Virus record (IMG/VR): IMGVR_UViG_3300042401_002002
Source of the DNA: a virus
Lineage: Duplodnaviria > Heunggongvirae > Uroviricota > Caudoviricetes
Direction: 5' to 3' (one strand)
Length of the DNA: 64,000 nucleotides
Part shown: positions 9,878-19,084 of the stretch, piece by piece
How the letters are laid out: each line of letters starts with the position of its first letter
Position numbering within the stretch: the stretch's first letter is position 1
Notes under the pieces: generated by a model
What the model was told of the DNA's origin: nothing
Databases searched by the model: none
Seen by the model: the letters and a program-made list of their open reading frames with translations, nothing else
Program-made: the position numbers and the translations under genes

Positions 9878-10803
9878 TTTACATATTTTTTAACTTCATC
9901 AATTCCTTTATGTCTGTGAATTTCATTTAAATCCAACAAAGTTTTTTTACCATCAATAACACCTTCGTCTTTTAAATGAACATTTACAATATACTCAATA
10001 TTAAACAACTTAAGTTGTTCTTCTATGTCAATTGAGTTATTTTTAGCATCAGGGTCAAGTATTAATATTACCGAACTATTGTTTTCAATCAACCTATTCA
10101 TTAGGTGTGGTGTTAACACTTTACCAGCTAAAGGTATTGTATTTATTGGTATTGTGGTTAAATCCGGATAACCTTCAACTAAATAAACTGGGTGGTTCCA
10201 ATTGATATTAGACTCGTTTAAGATAATCTCTTTTTTCTCCACTTTTGATGCATCGTAAGCAGGTTTAATTTCTTTTCTGAATGAACGTGCTATGAAGAAA
10301 TTTAACTTCTTAAAACGGTTATATGAAGGGAATATGATGCGTCCTTTGTACCAACCTTCTAAACAGAATCCAACATTTAAATATCTTAATGTATTATCTG
10401 TTATTTTTCTGTCATTTATAACATAATTATAAGCTTCTAAATGTTCTATGTTTGTTTTATCCATTTGTGTGAATGGAATAAACTCTTTTGGTAAAGTAAC
10501 ATAAGTGTTTTTCTTTTTCTCAACTGTTTCACCTATGTCAATGAGGTTGTAATCCATGTATGCTTTGTAATCTTCTTTTGAAGCATACTTTTTTAACATA
10601 TAATGAACCTTTCCTCTGTATCCACATTTCCAGCAATTGTAAATGTGTTTGTTTGGTTGTAACGTAATACCTAGGTTATGTTTGCCATCAGGTTCTTCAC
10701 CATTTTCTTCAGCACATCTTGGACAATTAAAATCCAATGTGCTTGCGTTTGCGTGAGTATGTTTAGGTTTACCTAGTGTTCTGATTAGTATGTCTAATAA
10801 CAT
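9874..10803 (-). CDS. DNA primase (Zn finger + TOPRIM)
   Basis: CPRC...CWKCG zinc-binding domain, GRIIFP, YLVEGYPD, LILDPD. Confidence 0.9.
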   Translation of the reverse strand: MLLDILIRTLGKPKHTHANASTLDFNCPRCAEENGEEPDGKHNLGITLQPNKHIYNCWKCGYRGKVHYMLKKYASKEDYKAYMDYNLIDIGETVEKKKNTYVTLPKEFIPFTQMDKTNIEHLEAYNYVINDRKITDNTLRYLNVGFCLEGWYKGRIIFPSYNRFKKLNFFIARSFRKEIKPAYDASKVEKKEIILNESNINWNHPVYLVEGYPDLTTIPINTIPLAGKVLTPHLMNRLIENNSSVILILDPDAKNNSIDIEEQLKLFNIEYIVNVHLKDEGVIDGKKTLLDLNEIHRHKGIDEVKKYVK

Positions 10804-10808
10804 GATTT

Positions 10809-11491
10809 TTATCTTATGTAAATTATTAATTCATTAAAAAAATCTTGTTCTTTGAAGAGTTTTAAATAATACTGGTCGTTTATTAAAACATTTTCAAATG
10901 TATCTGTATGGTCTACTATACCGTTTATTTTAAGTTTCATCTTTTTCTAACTAACATTAAATTTAATAAACCACATTCATTGAAATTGCTATAAATGTAA
11001 TTGGTTGAATATTGTTGAGTAATTTCTTTGTACAACCAATATTCTTTATTGAATTCTCGTCTTGTTATTTCAATTCCAAGTTTCATCTTTTTCTAATAAT
11101 TAACATATCTAATAACATATCACTATTAAGATAAATTTATTTATCATCAAATTTATTTATTTTTTTATATATCCAATATTCGCTATCAAACTGTAATGTC
11201 GGATTTATGTCTGTTATAAGTTTCATCTTTTTCTAATAATTAATATATCCATTAACATATTACGTTCATCGTTTAGTAGATAATTGTTTAATTTATTTAT
11301 TGATTTAAACATCCAATATTCGTTATTGAAAGATAAATTTATTCCAGTTTTTTCAATCCAAAGTTTCATCTTTTTCTAATAGTTAACATATCACATTTAT
11401 GTAAACCTATACGTTTTTCTTGAATAAGTTTATAAATAAGATTATATTTATTGAAAGTTAAATCAATATTTACGTTTATACCAAGTTTCAT
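10809..11491 (-). repeat. MKL micro-ORF array 2 (5 units, one with an internal TAA)
   Basis: 11366-11491 MKLGINVNIDLTFNKYNLIYKLIQEKRIGLHKCDMLTIRKR; 11223-11369 MKLWIEKTGINLSFNNEYWMFKSINKLNNYLLNDERNMLMDILIIRKR; 11083-11226 (TAA at codon 30); 10937-11086 MKLGIEITRREFNKEYWLYKEITQQ...LNLMLVRKR; 10809-10940 MKLKINGIVDHTDTF...NELIIYIR. Confidence 0.85.
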
Positions 11492-11492
11492 C

Positions 11493-11783
11493 TCAAACAA
11501 ATAAATTATCTATTACTTCAACTGCTTTTTGGTATAAATCATCTAGTGTCCCATCATTCTGAATGATAATATCTTTTACAATACTACTGTATGTTGTTTC
11601 AGTTTCATGGTTTATGTTGTTTTCATTATCAGGTCTTTCAATTCCTATAATGTAACCATCTAATTCTCTAATTAACGTTTCTTCAGGTTTTAATCTTAAA
11701 TCTTCAAGAATAAATGTTGTTTTGTTATTCTTTTCGATTTCTGCTTTTGTAACTCTTCTAAACCTTTCATCATCAGATACATA
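11493..11783 (-). pseudogene. 3' remnant of a deoxynucleoside monophosphate kinase
   Basis: Start-less frame ...FILEDLRLKPEETLIRELDGYIIGIERPDNENNINHETE...DIIIQNDGTLDDLYQK; the P-loop half is missing; lies directly downstream of tnpB. Confidence 0.7.
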
Positions 11784-11847
11784 TAATAGTAAATTTAGTT
11801 GTAAAAAGATAAAATCTTTATCTCTCTTGCAAAGGTAATTATTTAAA

Positions 11848-13572
11848 TTAACAATACAAAATTTTTATACAACTTCTTTTAGTACTCATGCTACGTCTTT
11901 CTGTTACCCTACTCAACGAACCTCGCCATCTGCATTGCTTACCGAGGTTAAACAAGCTAGTCCACGTCATATTACTAATGTTCACATTTGAAACATCCTT
12001 CTTGTTCTCTTCGAGAACTCGTACCACGGTGTTCAAAGTACTTTCACTAATCAGTGGTAAACCTGTACAGTTTTTTATAAATCTATACAATCCTCTTCGT
12101 CCTATCTCAATAGCACTATTAATAGGGTCGAAGTAATTGTACATCATATTTCCAATAAATGATGAATAACTTGGTTGAACTTTAATCAATTCAATACCAT
12201 ATTGATTTGTTAACTTCGTTATCATCTCTTCGAGCAAACCTCTATTCCAAACCACTTTGGTTTGTCTGTTCGCTTCCTTGCCTTTTTTATTTACTTCTTT
12301 ATCTTCTTTAAAATCCAAGTCTTCCATTACAAAACTTGAACATTTATAATGATTTGCTACGTTAAAGAGTTGAATTGTCATCTCTTTAATCTCATATTGT
12401 TGTTTGTTTTTATGATACAATCTTTCTTCTTTTGTTGCTTCCTGTGGAAGCTTCTTTGTAAAGAAACTTAAATCATAACAGAACTTATGTATTACTTTAA
12501 CAGCATGTTTACCATGTTCAATGTCTTCATTATCAAAATCACGTTCTAAAATTGACACACCTAGGTAACTAGGGTTCATGTCAATCGAAATACAACGACC
12601 TTCTATTTTGTTAGTTAACCTTAATTCTCTTTCTTTAATATGATGTTGATGACAAACAGTTTTAATTAAAGTAGTTTGAACTTCTTTATCATTATATTTT
12701 TGTTTAATCTCTTTAATTTGTTGTTTCTTTTCAGTTTCATCTAACTTCCAACCGTACAATTTCTCATCATCGTAAGAAATAGAAACTGTTTTATTTGAAA
12801 CAAACAAACTTAAACTAATTGATTTAGTTTGAGATAACTCAACAAGTTTATTAATTAACCATTTTTTATTTTTAGGTACTGAAATAGTTAGATTAACTTT
12901 AGTACCATGTTTAGGTTTATAAACCAACAAACCTTCATTTAGTTTACTAAAGTCAAAGAATCTATTACCTCTATAGTTTTTCTCACCAATTATAAAGAAA
13001 GACCTTAATCTTTGATTAGTGTACTTTTCTTTTTGTTTGGTTATTCTATCAAATAGTTCGGTTAATTCAGTTTCAAGGTGTAAAATTTCAGTTTCATCAA
13101 CAGAAGATGACAAGTAACTAATTAATTTATTATATTGATTATGAAGGTGTGTTAAATGTTGTAGGTTTTTTCTACCACCAAACACGGGTTTGTTATTTAA
13201 TGAACTTCTTAACCTTGGTAATAACGTTTGTAATTTATGAACAGAATGTTTTTCTTTCTTTGTTAACTCTTTTTTATCATTACGTTTTTTAAATAACTCA
13301 TCAAGTTCCTCTTGTTTAGTTTCAATACGTTTAAGAAGTTTCTTTCTGTTTGTTTCGCATTGTTTAAAGAAAGTCTTAACTACAGTTTCAAGTGAACTAT
13401 ATTCTGTATCATTTAAACCAAATTCATTTTTAGTTTTATCATCATATTCTCTATTACCTGATATATCCAAAGTTTTTAACATGTACCTGAAAGCATAGCC
13501 ATGTTGTTTCATTTTGTCTTCGACAAAAGAAGCATCACTGTTATGAATAATAGGTAGTTTAAGAGATAACAT
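11848..13572 (-). CDS. tnpB: TnpB-like RNA-guided RuvC nuclease (solo, no Zn ribbon)
   Basis: ISIDMNPS, FVMEDLDF, VQPSYSSFIG, FDPINSAIEIGRRG; homologous layout to 2935-4551. Confidence 0.8.
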   Translation of the reverse strand: MLSLKLPIIHNSDASFVEDKMKQHGYAFRYMLKTLDISGNREYDDKTKNEFGLNDTEYSSLETVVKTFFKQCETNRKKLLKRIETKQEELDELFKKRNDKKELTKKEKHSVHKLQTLLPRLRSSLNNKPVFGGRKNLQHLTHLHNQYNKLISYLSSSVDETEILHLETELTELFDRITKQKEKYTNQRLRSFFIIGEKNYRGNRFFDFSKLNEGLLVYKPKHGTKVNLTISVPKNKKWLINKLVELSQTKSISLSLFVSNKTVSISYDDEKLYGWKLDETEKKQQIKEIKQKYNDKEVQTTLIKTVCHQHHIKERELRLTNKIEGRCISIDMNPSYLGVSILERDFDNEDIEHGKHAVKVIHKFCYDLSFFTKKLPQEATKEERLYHKNKQQYEIKEMTIQLFNVANHYKCSSFVMEDLDFKEDKEVNKKGKEANRQTKVVWNRGLLEEMITKLTNQYGIELIKVQPSYSSFIGNMMYNYFDPINSAIEIGRRGLYRFIKNCTGLPLISESTLNTVVRVLEENKKDVSNVNISNMTWTSLFNLGKQCRWRGSLSRVTERRSMSTKRSCIKILYC

Positions 13573-13809
13573 TAAAGAGATATTTTATTATAAATAGTAT
13601 AAAGTTGAAAAAATAAATAAAAAATTCTATTTATTTAAATATTTTAATCCAGATATTACAATAATCTGGTATTTTAAGTTATTTTTTTAACATCTTTCTT
13701 TGTTTTTAATGGTTCTGGATATTTTAATTTTATATATTCCTCATGTGAAATTATGTTGCACATATCAGGAATAACGTGAAAACGTTCCTTTAACATAATA
13801 TGAATAACT

Positions 13810-14667
13810 TTATATTTTTGAATATAATGAATTAACATTATATATACGTTTATAACCAACATCATGTTTTATATTATAAGTTTGGTTCATTAAGAATGTT
13901 CTGATACCTGATTGGTTTAATTCTTTAAAATTACTAAAGCAATCATCTAAAAAAGTATCACATTTTAATTGTTTTAAAATATCAACTTTACTTTTACCAT
14001 TTGTCGTGTACACAGGTACACAAGGTAAATTATTTTTTGAAATCCACTCTTCTGTCCATGAAGATGGTATTGACCTAGATGTTACATAAAAATCAGGTTC
14101 AAATGTTAAGTTAGTTGTAATTGGTTTTATATTTAACCAAAATTCTTTATCATTTTTAATTTTATTCCATAAAACATTATATTCATACGGAAAGTTCCAG
14201 TGTGATTGGTCAAAACTATTATTAGTATTTATACCTTCTTTTTTAGCTAACTCAATAAATGAAGCTGAAAAGTCTGCTAAAACACCATCAATATCTAAAC
14301 CTATTTTTTTATTGGATAAATATTTATGTTCCCTGTCATCAATAAAATTACTGTTTTCATACCCATCAATCAAAAAACCAATATTACAAGCAGCTAATGC
14401 TAGATGATATAAACCTGATTCAGGGTCGAAATCTTCACCATTTTTATATGCTTCAATATGTCTAAGAAGTGAACCTATTGTTTCTGAAGCTTTTAACCCT
14501 TTTTTCCAATTATTAGAACCGTCAGAAATTATATTCCCGTCATTATCTTTAATACTATATTTATTTTTACCATATAATAACCCTTTAGATATTTCTCGTG
14601 TTAATGATGATGGTATTAGATTATAAGGTAATTTACCTTCGTTATATCTTAATCCTTTATTTTCCAT
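13810..14667 (-). CDS. dATP/dGTP diphosphohydrolase-like domain fused to HAD 5'(3')-deoxynucleotidase
   Basis: GLRYNEGK...YGKNKY...NWKKG...SLLRH...GEDFDPESGLYHLALAACN, then IGLDIDGVLADF and FLDDC; start taken at MENKG after a TAGGTTTG box. Confidence 0.75.
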   Translation of the reverse strand: MENKGLRYNEGKLPYNLIPSSLTREISKGLLYGKNKYSIKDNDGNIISDGSNNWKKGLKASETIGSLLRHIEAYKNGEDFDPESGLYHLALAACNIGFLIDGYENSNFIDDREHKYLSNKKIGLDIDGVLADFSASFIELAKKEGINTNNSFDQSHWNFPYEYNVLWNKIKNDKEFWLNIKPITTNLTFEPDFYVTSRSIPSSWTEEWISKNNLPCVPVYTTNGKSKVDILKQLKCDTFLDDCFSNFKELNQSGIRTFLMNQTYNIKHDVGYKRIYNVNSLYSKI

Positions 14668-14720
14668 ATATTTATTATTTAACAACACAAACCTACATTT
14701 TTTTATTTTAAAAAACAAAT

Positions 14721-15119
14721 TTAATCATCAAAATCTTCATTCATCATGTAAAGTAAGAAATTAAACTCTGATAATGTTATTTTTTCTAAGTAAGGAAATG
14801 TTGTTCCGTGAAATGTTGTTTTATTGTCTATTGTAATGAATGAACCATTTGCCGAATATTTTTCACCAGTTGTTTTTGATGTATAAATTACCAATATGGT
14901 AACTATTCTGTCAATATCTTCAGGTTTAGTGTCTTTTTTGTATATTTTAATATCATCTTTAACATAATGAATCACACAACCTTCAAAATTATCATTTGTT
15001 AAATCAAGTTTTTCTTGTAACGAATTTTCAAAATAATCTTTCAACTTAAAAAAGTTGGTTATTGTTGGTACGTTTGGAGAAATCTTTACTATTCTTATTT
15101 TACTGTCTGTAATGGTCAT
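14721..15119 (-). CDS. hypothetical protein
   Basis: 132-aa ORF. Confidence 0.6.
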   Translation of the reverse strand: MTITDSKIRIVKISPNVPTITNFFKLKDYFENSLQEKLDLTNDNFEGCVIHYVKDDIKIYKKDTKPEDIDRIVTILVIYTSKTTGEKYSANGSFITIDNKTTFHGTTFPYLEKITLSEFNFLLYMMNEDFDD

Positions 15120-15202
15120 AACATTTACATTTTAAATTCTTTGTTTATAACGTAAATTTATATAAAATGTTTCAACTATTTAAAAGAAAAACGATATTTT
15201 TA

Positions 15203-15397
15203 ATGAATGGAGATAAAAAACCTTATGAAAAATCTTGCTTGATGCTTGATTTTAAAATAGATAACTGGTCTGAATTACTCAATAAAGTTTCTGATGATAA
15301 ACTTTATAATGATGAAACTAATGATTTTGGTAAAGAAACTGAACCACATTGTACAGTTCTTTATGGGTTTAATCAAGGTAAAGAAACTATTAACTAA
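15203..15397 (+). pseudogene. 5' fragment of a 2H-phosphoesterase-like (Acb1/T4 gp57B-like) gene cut by IS607
   Basis: CLMLDF...GKETEPHCTVLYG (single HxT motif), ends just inside the IS left end. Confidence 0.55.
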
Positions 15398-15502
15398 TTT
15401 ATTAACAAAAATTAATATTTACTACTATTTAAATTAAAATATCTTGACTTTATCATTTTATTTTATTACATTTGTAAATCATTAAATTTAACCTAACATA
15501 AA

Positions 15503-16099
15503 ATGAATTACCTTCCTTCTAGGAAAGCTAGTCAAGTCCTTGGGTTACACCCAAATACTCTTAGAAAATATGCAGACAACGGAACAATACATACAATTAA
15601 AAACAACGCTGGTCAAAGACTGTATGACGTTCAGTCATACATCAACTTGTCCTTGTCTGTTGATGAATTCGTGTGTTATTGTAGAGTCTCTTCTAAAAAA
15701 CAACAAGATGATTTACAGCGACAAGTCGCTTACATGTCTTCCTTGTACCCTAACGCAACCATTATTCAAGACATCGGTTCAGGTGTCAACTACAAACGAA
15801 AAGGTCTTCAAACCTTACTGGAACGACTTATCAAAGGAGATAAGTTCACACTTGTGGTTGCCCACAAAGACAGACTTGTTAGGTTCGGATTTGAACTCTT
15901 TGAGTTCCTCTTTAACCAAAACAATGGAAAAATCTTGGTTCTCAACATTAACTCAGGAGACCCTCAGACCGAACTCACAAACGACATTCTCAGAATTCTG
16001 TACGATTACTCGTCCAGCGTTCCAAGACTTAGAGAGTACTATAATAAAATCAAGGAAGATTTCCCTGAATATAACAAAGAAACAGAAGAAAAAACTTGA
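15503..16099 (+). CDS. tnpA: IS607 serine transposase
   Basis: MerR-like HTH (LGLHPNTLRKYA), YCRVSSKKQQDDLQRQ, DIGSG, KDRLVRFGFE. Confidence 0.92.
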   Translation: MNYLPSRKASQVLGLHPNTLRKYADNGTIHTIKNNAGQRLYDVQSYINLSLSVDEFVCYCRVSSKKQQDDLQRQVAYMSSLYPNATIIQDIGSGVNYKRKGLQTLLERLIKGDKFTLVVAHKDRLVRFGFELFEFLFNQNNGKILVLNINSGDPQTELTNDILRILYDYSSSVPRLREYYNKIKEDFPEYNKETEEKT

Positions 16100-17177
16100 T
16101 GTTTGGTCTGGCGTTGCCAGATATGTTTACAACAGAACTGTTGATTATATTTCATTAAAAACCGGTTTCGGTGAACCACTTGAAAAATGGAATCTTGTTT
16201 TTAATGAAATTAACAAACAACTACCTGAATGGTGTAACACAACACCATATCAAATTAAAAAGATGGCTTGTAAAGATGCGTTCAAAGCAAGAACATCTTC
16301 TTTAGCTTTGTTGAAAAACAAAAAGATTAAGTTCTTTAAGTTAAACTATAGAACGAAGTTAAATAAAAACAATATGTATATACCAAAAGATGCAGTTAAA
16401 TCTAAAGGAATATACCATACACTGTTAGGTGAAACTAAATTTAAAGAGAATCTTCCAATCATAGAATATGATTGCAGGTTAATAGAAGAACATGGTGAGT
16501 ACTTCTTATGTGTACCATACAAACAAACTATAGCTAAATTCAACAACCAAGAAGTGCTTTCAAAAGCTGTAGCTATAGACCAAGGAGTGAGAAGTTTTAT
16601 AACTTATTACTCAGAGGATTCAGTTGGTAAGATAGGTAATGAAGACCATGTAATACTATTTAATCTTTGCAAACATATTGATGATTTAATATCAAAAACC
16701 AAGTTAAGTAAAGGGTTTAAAAACCGTAAAAAACGTAAGTCTTATAAAAAAGCAATGAATCGTTTAAAAGCAAAGTTACGCAACTTAGTTGATGAATTAC
16801 ACTGGAAGTCAATTAACTTTTTAGTTAATAATTACAATGTAATAATATGTCCTAACTTTAAAGTTAGCAACATGGTATTAGATGATGTTAAACGAAAGAT
16901 AAGTAGCAAAACAGTACGCAACATGTTAAACTTTAGGTTTTATGTTTTCAAGCAACGCTTGAAACTTAAATGTAAAGAGAGAGGTTGTGTATTGATTGAA
17001 ACAAGTGAAGAGTTTACAAGTCAGATAGCAAGTTGGACAGGTGAGAGAGTTAAAGACATAGGTGGTTCAAAAGAGATTAAAAGCGAAGGTGTTGTAGTTG
17101 ATAGAGATTACAACGGAGCTAGAAACATATTTATCAAGTGTATCCAAGAGAACTTGGATACATCAAAGATAAATTAA
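15540..17177 (+). CDS. tnpB: IS607 TnpB (true start uncertain, overlaps tnpA)
   Basis: AIDQGVRSF (RuvC-I), CPNFKVSNM, SEEFTSQ, DRDYNGARNI (RuvC-III). Confidence 0.88.
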   Translation: MGYTQILLENMQTTEQYIQLKTTLVKDCMTFSHTSTCPCLLMNSCVIVESLLKNNKMIYSDKSLTCLPCTLTQPLFKTSVQVSTTNEKVFKPYWNDLSKEISSHLWLPTKTDLLGSDLNSLSSSLTKTMEKSWFSTLTQETLRPNSQTTFSEFCTITRPAFQDLESTIIKSRKISLNITKKQKKKLDVWSGVARYVYNRTVDYISLKTGFGEPLEKWNLVFNEINKQLPEWCNTTPYQIKKMACKDAFKARTSSLALLKNKKIKFFKLNYRTKLNKNNMYIPKDAVKSKGIYHTLLGETKFKENLPIIEYDCRLIEEHGEYFLCVPYKQTIAKFNNQEVLSKAVAIDQGVRSFITYYSEDSVGKIGNEDHVILFNLCKHIDDLISKTKLSKGFKNRKKRKSYKKAMNRLKAKLRNLVDELHWKSINFLVNNYNVIICPNFKVSNMVLDDVKRKISSKTVRNMLNFRFYVFKQRLKLKCKERGCVLIETSEEFTSQIASWTGERVKDIGGSKEIKSEGVVVDRDYNGARNIFIKCIQENLDTSKIN

Positions 17178-17253
17178 AGATACAAGGTTGATGTACCTTT
17201 ATAATGCAGACTTAACGACTAAGGTTGTTAATAAAAGTTAGCGTTAACGCATC

Positions 17254-17436
17254 GGTGATTTTGCTTTTATTGATGATTTTTCACTTGAAGAATTAAAAGA
17301 TGATTTAAAAGTTGAATCAGAACACACTGATAATATTGCTGAAGTTTTGGAAATAGTTTTGGACCACTTAACTGAAAATAAAGAATATTACGTTAAACTT
17401 AAAGATGCAGGTTTAGCTGATGAATTAGATAAATAA
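17254..17436 (+). pseudogene. 3' fragment of the IS-interrupted gene (VExEHT...DHLxE..YY phage motif, DUF5661-like)
   Basis: Start-less frame GDFAFIDDFSLEELKDDLKVESEHTDNIAEVLEIVLDHLTENKEYYVKLKDAGLADELDK. Confidence 0.6.
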
Positions 17437-17440
17437 AACT

Positions 17441-17476
17441 AAAAACCTCTACTTAATTATTAAGTAGAGGTTTTTT
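17441..17476. terminator. bidirectional intrinsic terminator
   Basis: AAAAACCTCTACTTAAT-T-ATTAAGTAGAGGTTTTTT. Confidence 0.8.
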
Positions 17477-17479
17477 ATT

Positions 17480-17974
17480 TTAAATATAGTGGTGGATTGT
17501 TTTTAAAGGTTTATTTGTTAGTTCTTTTTTGTAATTAACAGCTTCATCTTTGTTGTCAAAATGAGTATTTGTTTTATTCCACTCATGTTCACCACCTAAT
17601 TTATATTGTAATTGATATTTAATTATGTTGTCAGTAAAATGTTGTTCAACCACTCTAAATTCAGTGATATAAGTATTAAAACCGTCCTCGTGTGTTTCAA
17701 CCTCTATTTCATTATCTTTATGTATTTCAACTTCTATTTCATCAGTTTGAAATGTTTCATTTAATTCATCTTCATTAGGGAAATAATCTACTTTTGAAAT
17801 TGTAGGTGAATTTTTAGATATGAATTTTTTAATTTGAACTAAAGCTTCGTGATAAGTACTGTAACTATCATTAATTACTTTCCAACCAAATTCACCTTGT
17901 AGGAAAAATGGTACGTATAAAATAGTACCATTTTCTTTGGTACGTTCTTCGATTTTGTATTGTGCATTATTCAT
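17480..17974 (-). CDS. hypothetical protein (two similar halves)
   Basis: Both halves show a Y..W...F/Y....EA pattern. Confidence 0.6.
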   Translation of the reverse strand: MNNAQYKIEERTKENGTILYVPFFLQGEFGWKVINDSYSTYHEALVQIKKFISKNSPTISKVDYFPNEDELNETFQTDEIEVEIHKDNEIEVETHEDGFNTYITEFRVVEQHFTDNIIKYQLQYKLGGEHEWNKTNTHFDNKDEAVNYKKELTNKPLKTIHHYI

Positions 17975-18000
17975 TCTTATATTTAGTTTTGTTAATTAGT

Positions 18001-18495
18001 TTAATAACTTGAGATTTTTCCGTCAATGTAATCTTTAGCTGTAGGGTTTTCTTCTAAATAAGTCATTAGAATATGTGGTGACCCATCACATTTTTCATTT
18101 AAAACTTTATTTAAACGTTCTTTATATTCATTAAAAAGGTAAGTTGCTTTATTGAATTGTCTTGTGTTTAGTTTAACATCGCTCTCAATAAATGTTTGTT
18201 GAGGTGTGTCATTTTCAACTTCTTTTTCATTTGAATATGTGAAGGTTACAACTTCTTTTCCTAAATTAAACTTTTCAGACTGTGAATTTTTAATTAATTC
18301 AAGTTCGTTTTCTGAAATTAATTCAGGTTTGTTTTTAATAATTTTACCAATAGTACTCTCATTGAATTCAATAATAGAATCTAAAATATTTGTTTCTGTA
18401 TAAGTGGGTAACATATTTAGACTTTTTAGATTGGTAAAGAATTCGATTTGTTCAGTAATTAATGTATCTAATACATCTTTATTTAAGTTTTCCAT
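18001..18495 (-). CDS. hypothetical protein
   Basis: 164-aa ORF. Confidence 0.6.
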   Translation of the reverse strand: MENLNKDVLDTLITEQIEFFTNLKSLNMLPTYTETNILDSIIEFNESTIGKIIKNKPELISENELELIKNSQSEKFNLGKEVVTFTYSNEKEVENDTPQQTFIESDVKLNTRQFNKATYLFNEYKERLNKVLNEKCDGSPHILMTYLEENPTAKDYIDGKISSY

Positions 18496-18499
18496 TATT

Positions 18500-19060
18500 T
18501 TAAAATTTAAAGAAGTTTTTTAGTTTAGTCATAAAAGAAATGTTAGATTTCTTATTGAAAGAATTATCTAAACTTTCTATTTTAGGTTTTTTGATTGAAT
18601 TGATTATATTATCAACTTCTTCAAGTGAAATATCTTTAACGTTGTTTTTAATTTCTTCTAATTTGTTTTTTAGAATTGATTGGTTTTCTGTTAAATAATC
18701 ATTTCTTTCATCAGGTTCTGCAACAATGTGTTTTTTTACTTTATAGGTAAACTCTACACCATTTTCATCAGTTTTACCATCTTTCCAGGTTTTCTCACCT
18801 TTAGAAAGTTCGTAATCTACATCTTCTTCCTTCTCACCTTCTTGAATATCAAAAACAGAAACAATCTTCTTATTTTTGTTGATTTCATCAAATTTTTCTG
18901 AATTATCAGCAACACCTTTCCAGATTCTTAATTTTTCATTAAGTTCTTCATCTTCTCCGTTAGTTGCTAGGAATCTTCTTAAATCTTCAGTTGTAATTCT
19001 GAATTGTTTTTTCTGAACCTCTTGGGTGATTTCAATATCAGTTGTTATTTTTTCAAACAT
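18500..19060 (-). CDS. hypothetical protein
   Basis: 186-aa charged ORF. Confidence 0.6.
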   Translation of the reverse strand: MFEKITTDIEITQEVQKKQFRITTEDLRRFLATNGEDEELNEKLRIWKGVADNSEKFDEINKNKKIVSVFDIQEGEKEEDVDYELSKGEKTWKDGKTDENGVEFTYKVKKHIVAEPDERNDYLTENQSILKNKLEEIKNNVKDISLEEVDNIINSIKKPKIESLDNSFNKKSNISFMTKLKNFFKF

Positions 19061-19084
19061 TATTATTTTGTTAATTAATATTAA

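Larger units (their letters stand above)
15377..17255 (+). mobile_element. IS607-family insertion sequence
   Basis: Serine-recombinase tnpA + tnpB; right end ...GTTAGCGTTAACGCATCGG; joining GG(15377-78) to GG(17254-55) restores a reading frame. Confidence 0.8.

Noticed and set aside
13630-13680. PDYCNIWIK frame as the missing 5' half of the dNMP kinase
   Set aside because: The frame has no start or P-loop and coincides with a CCAGAT...ATCTGG terminator-like hairpin
15377-15502. IStron (group I intron + IS607) explaining the in-frame flanks
   Set aside because: Only ~125 nt of AT-rich DNA precede tnpA, too short for a group I intron core, and no P-element motifs are seen
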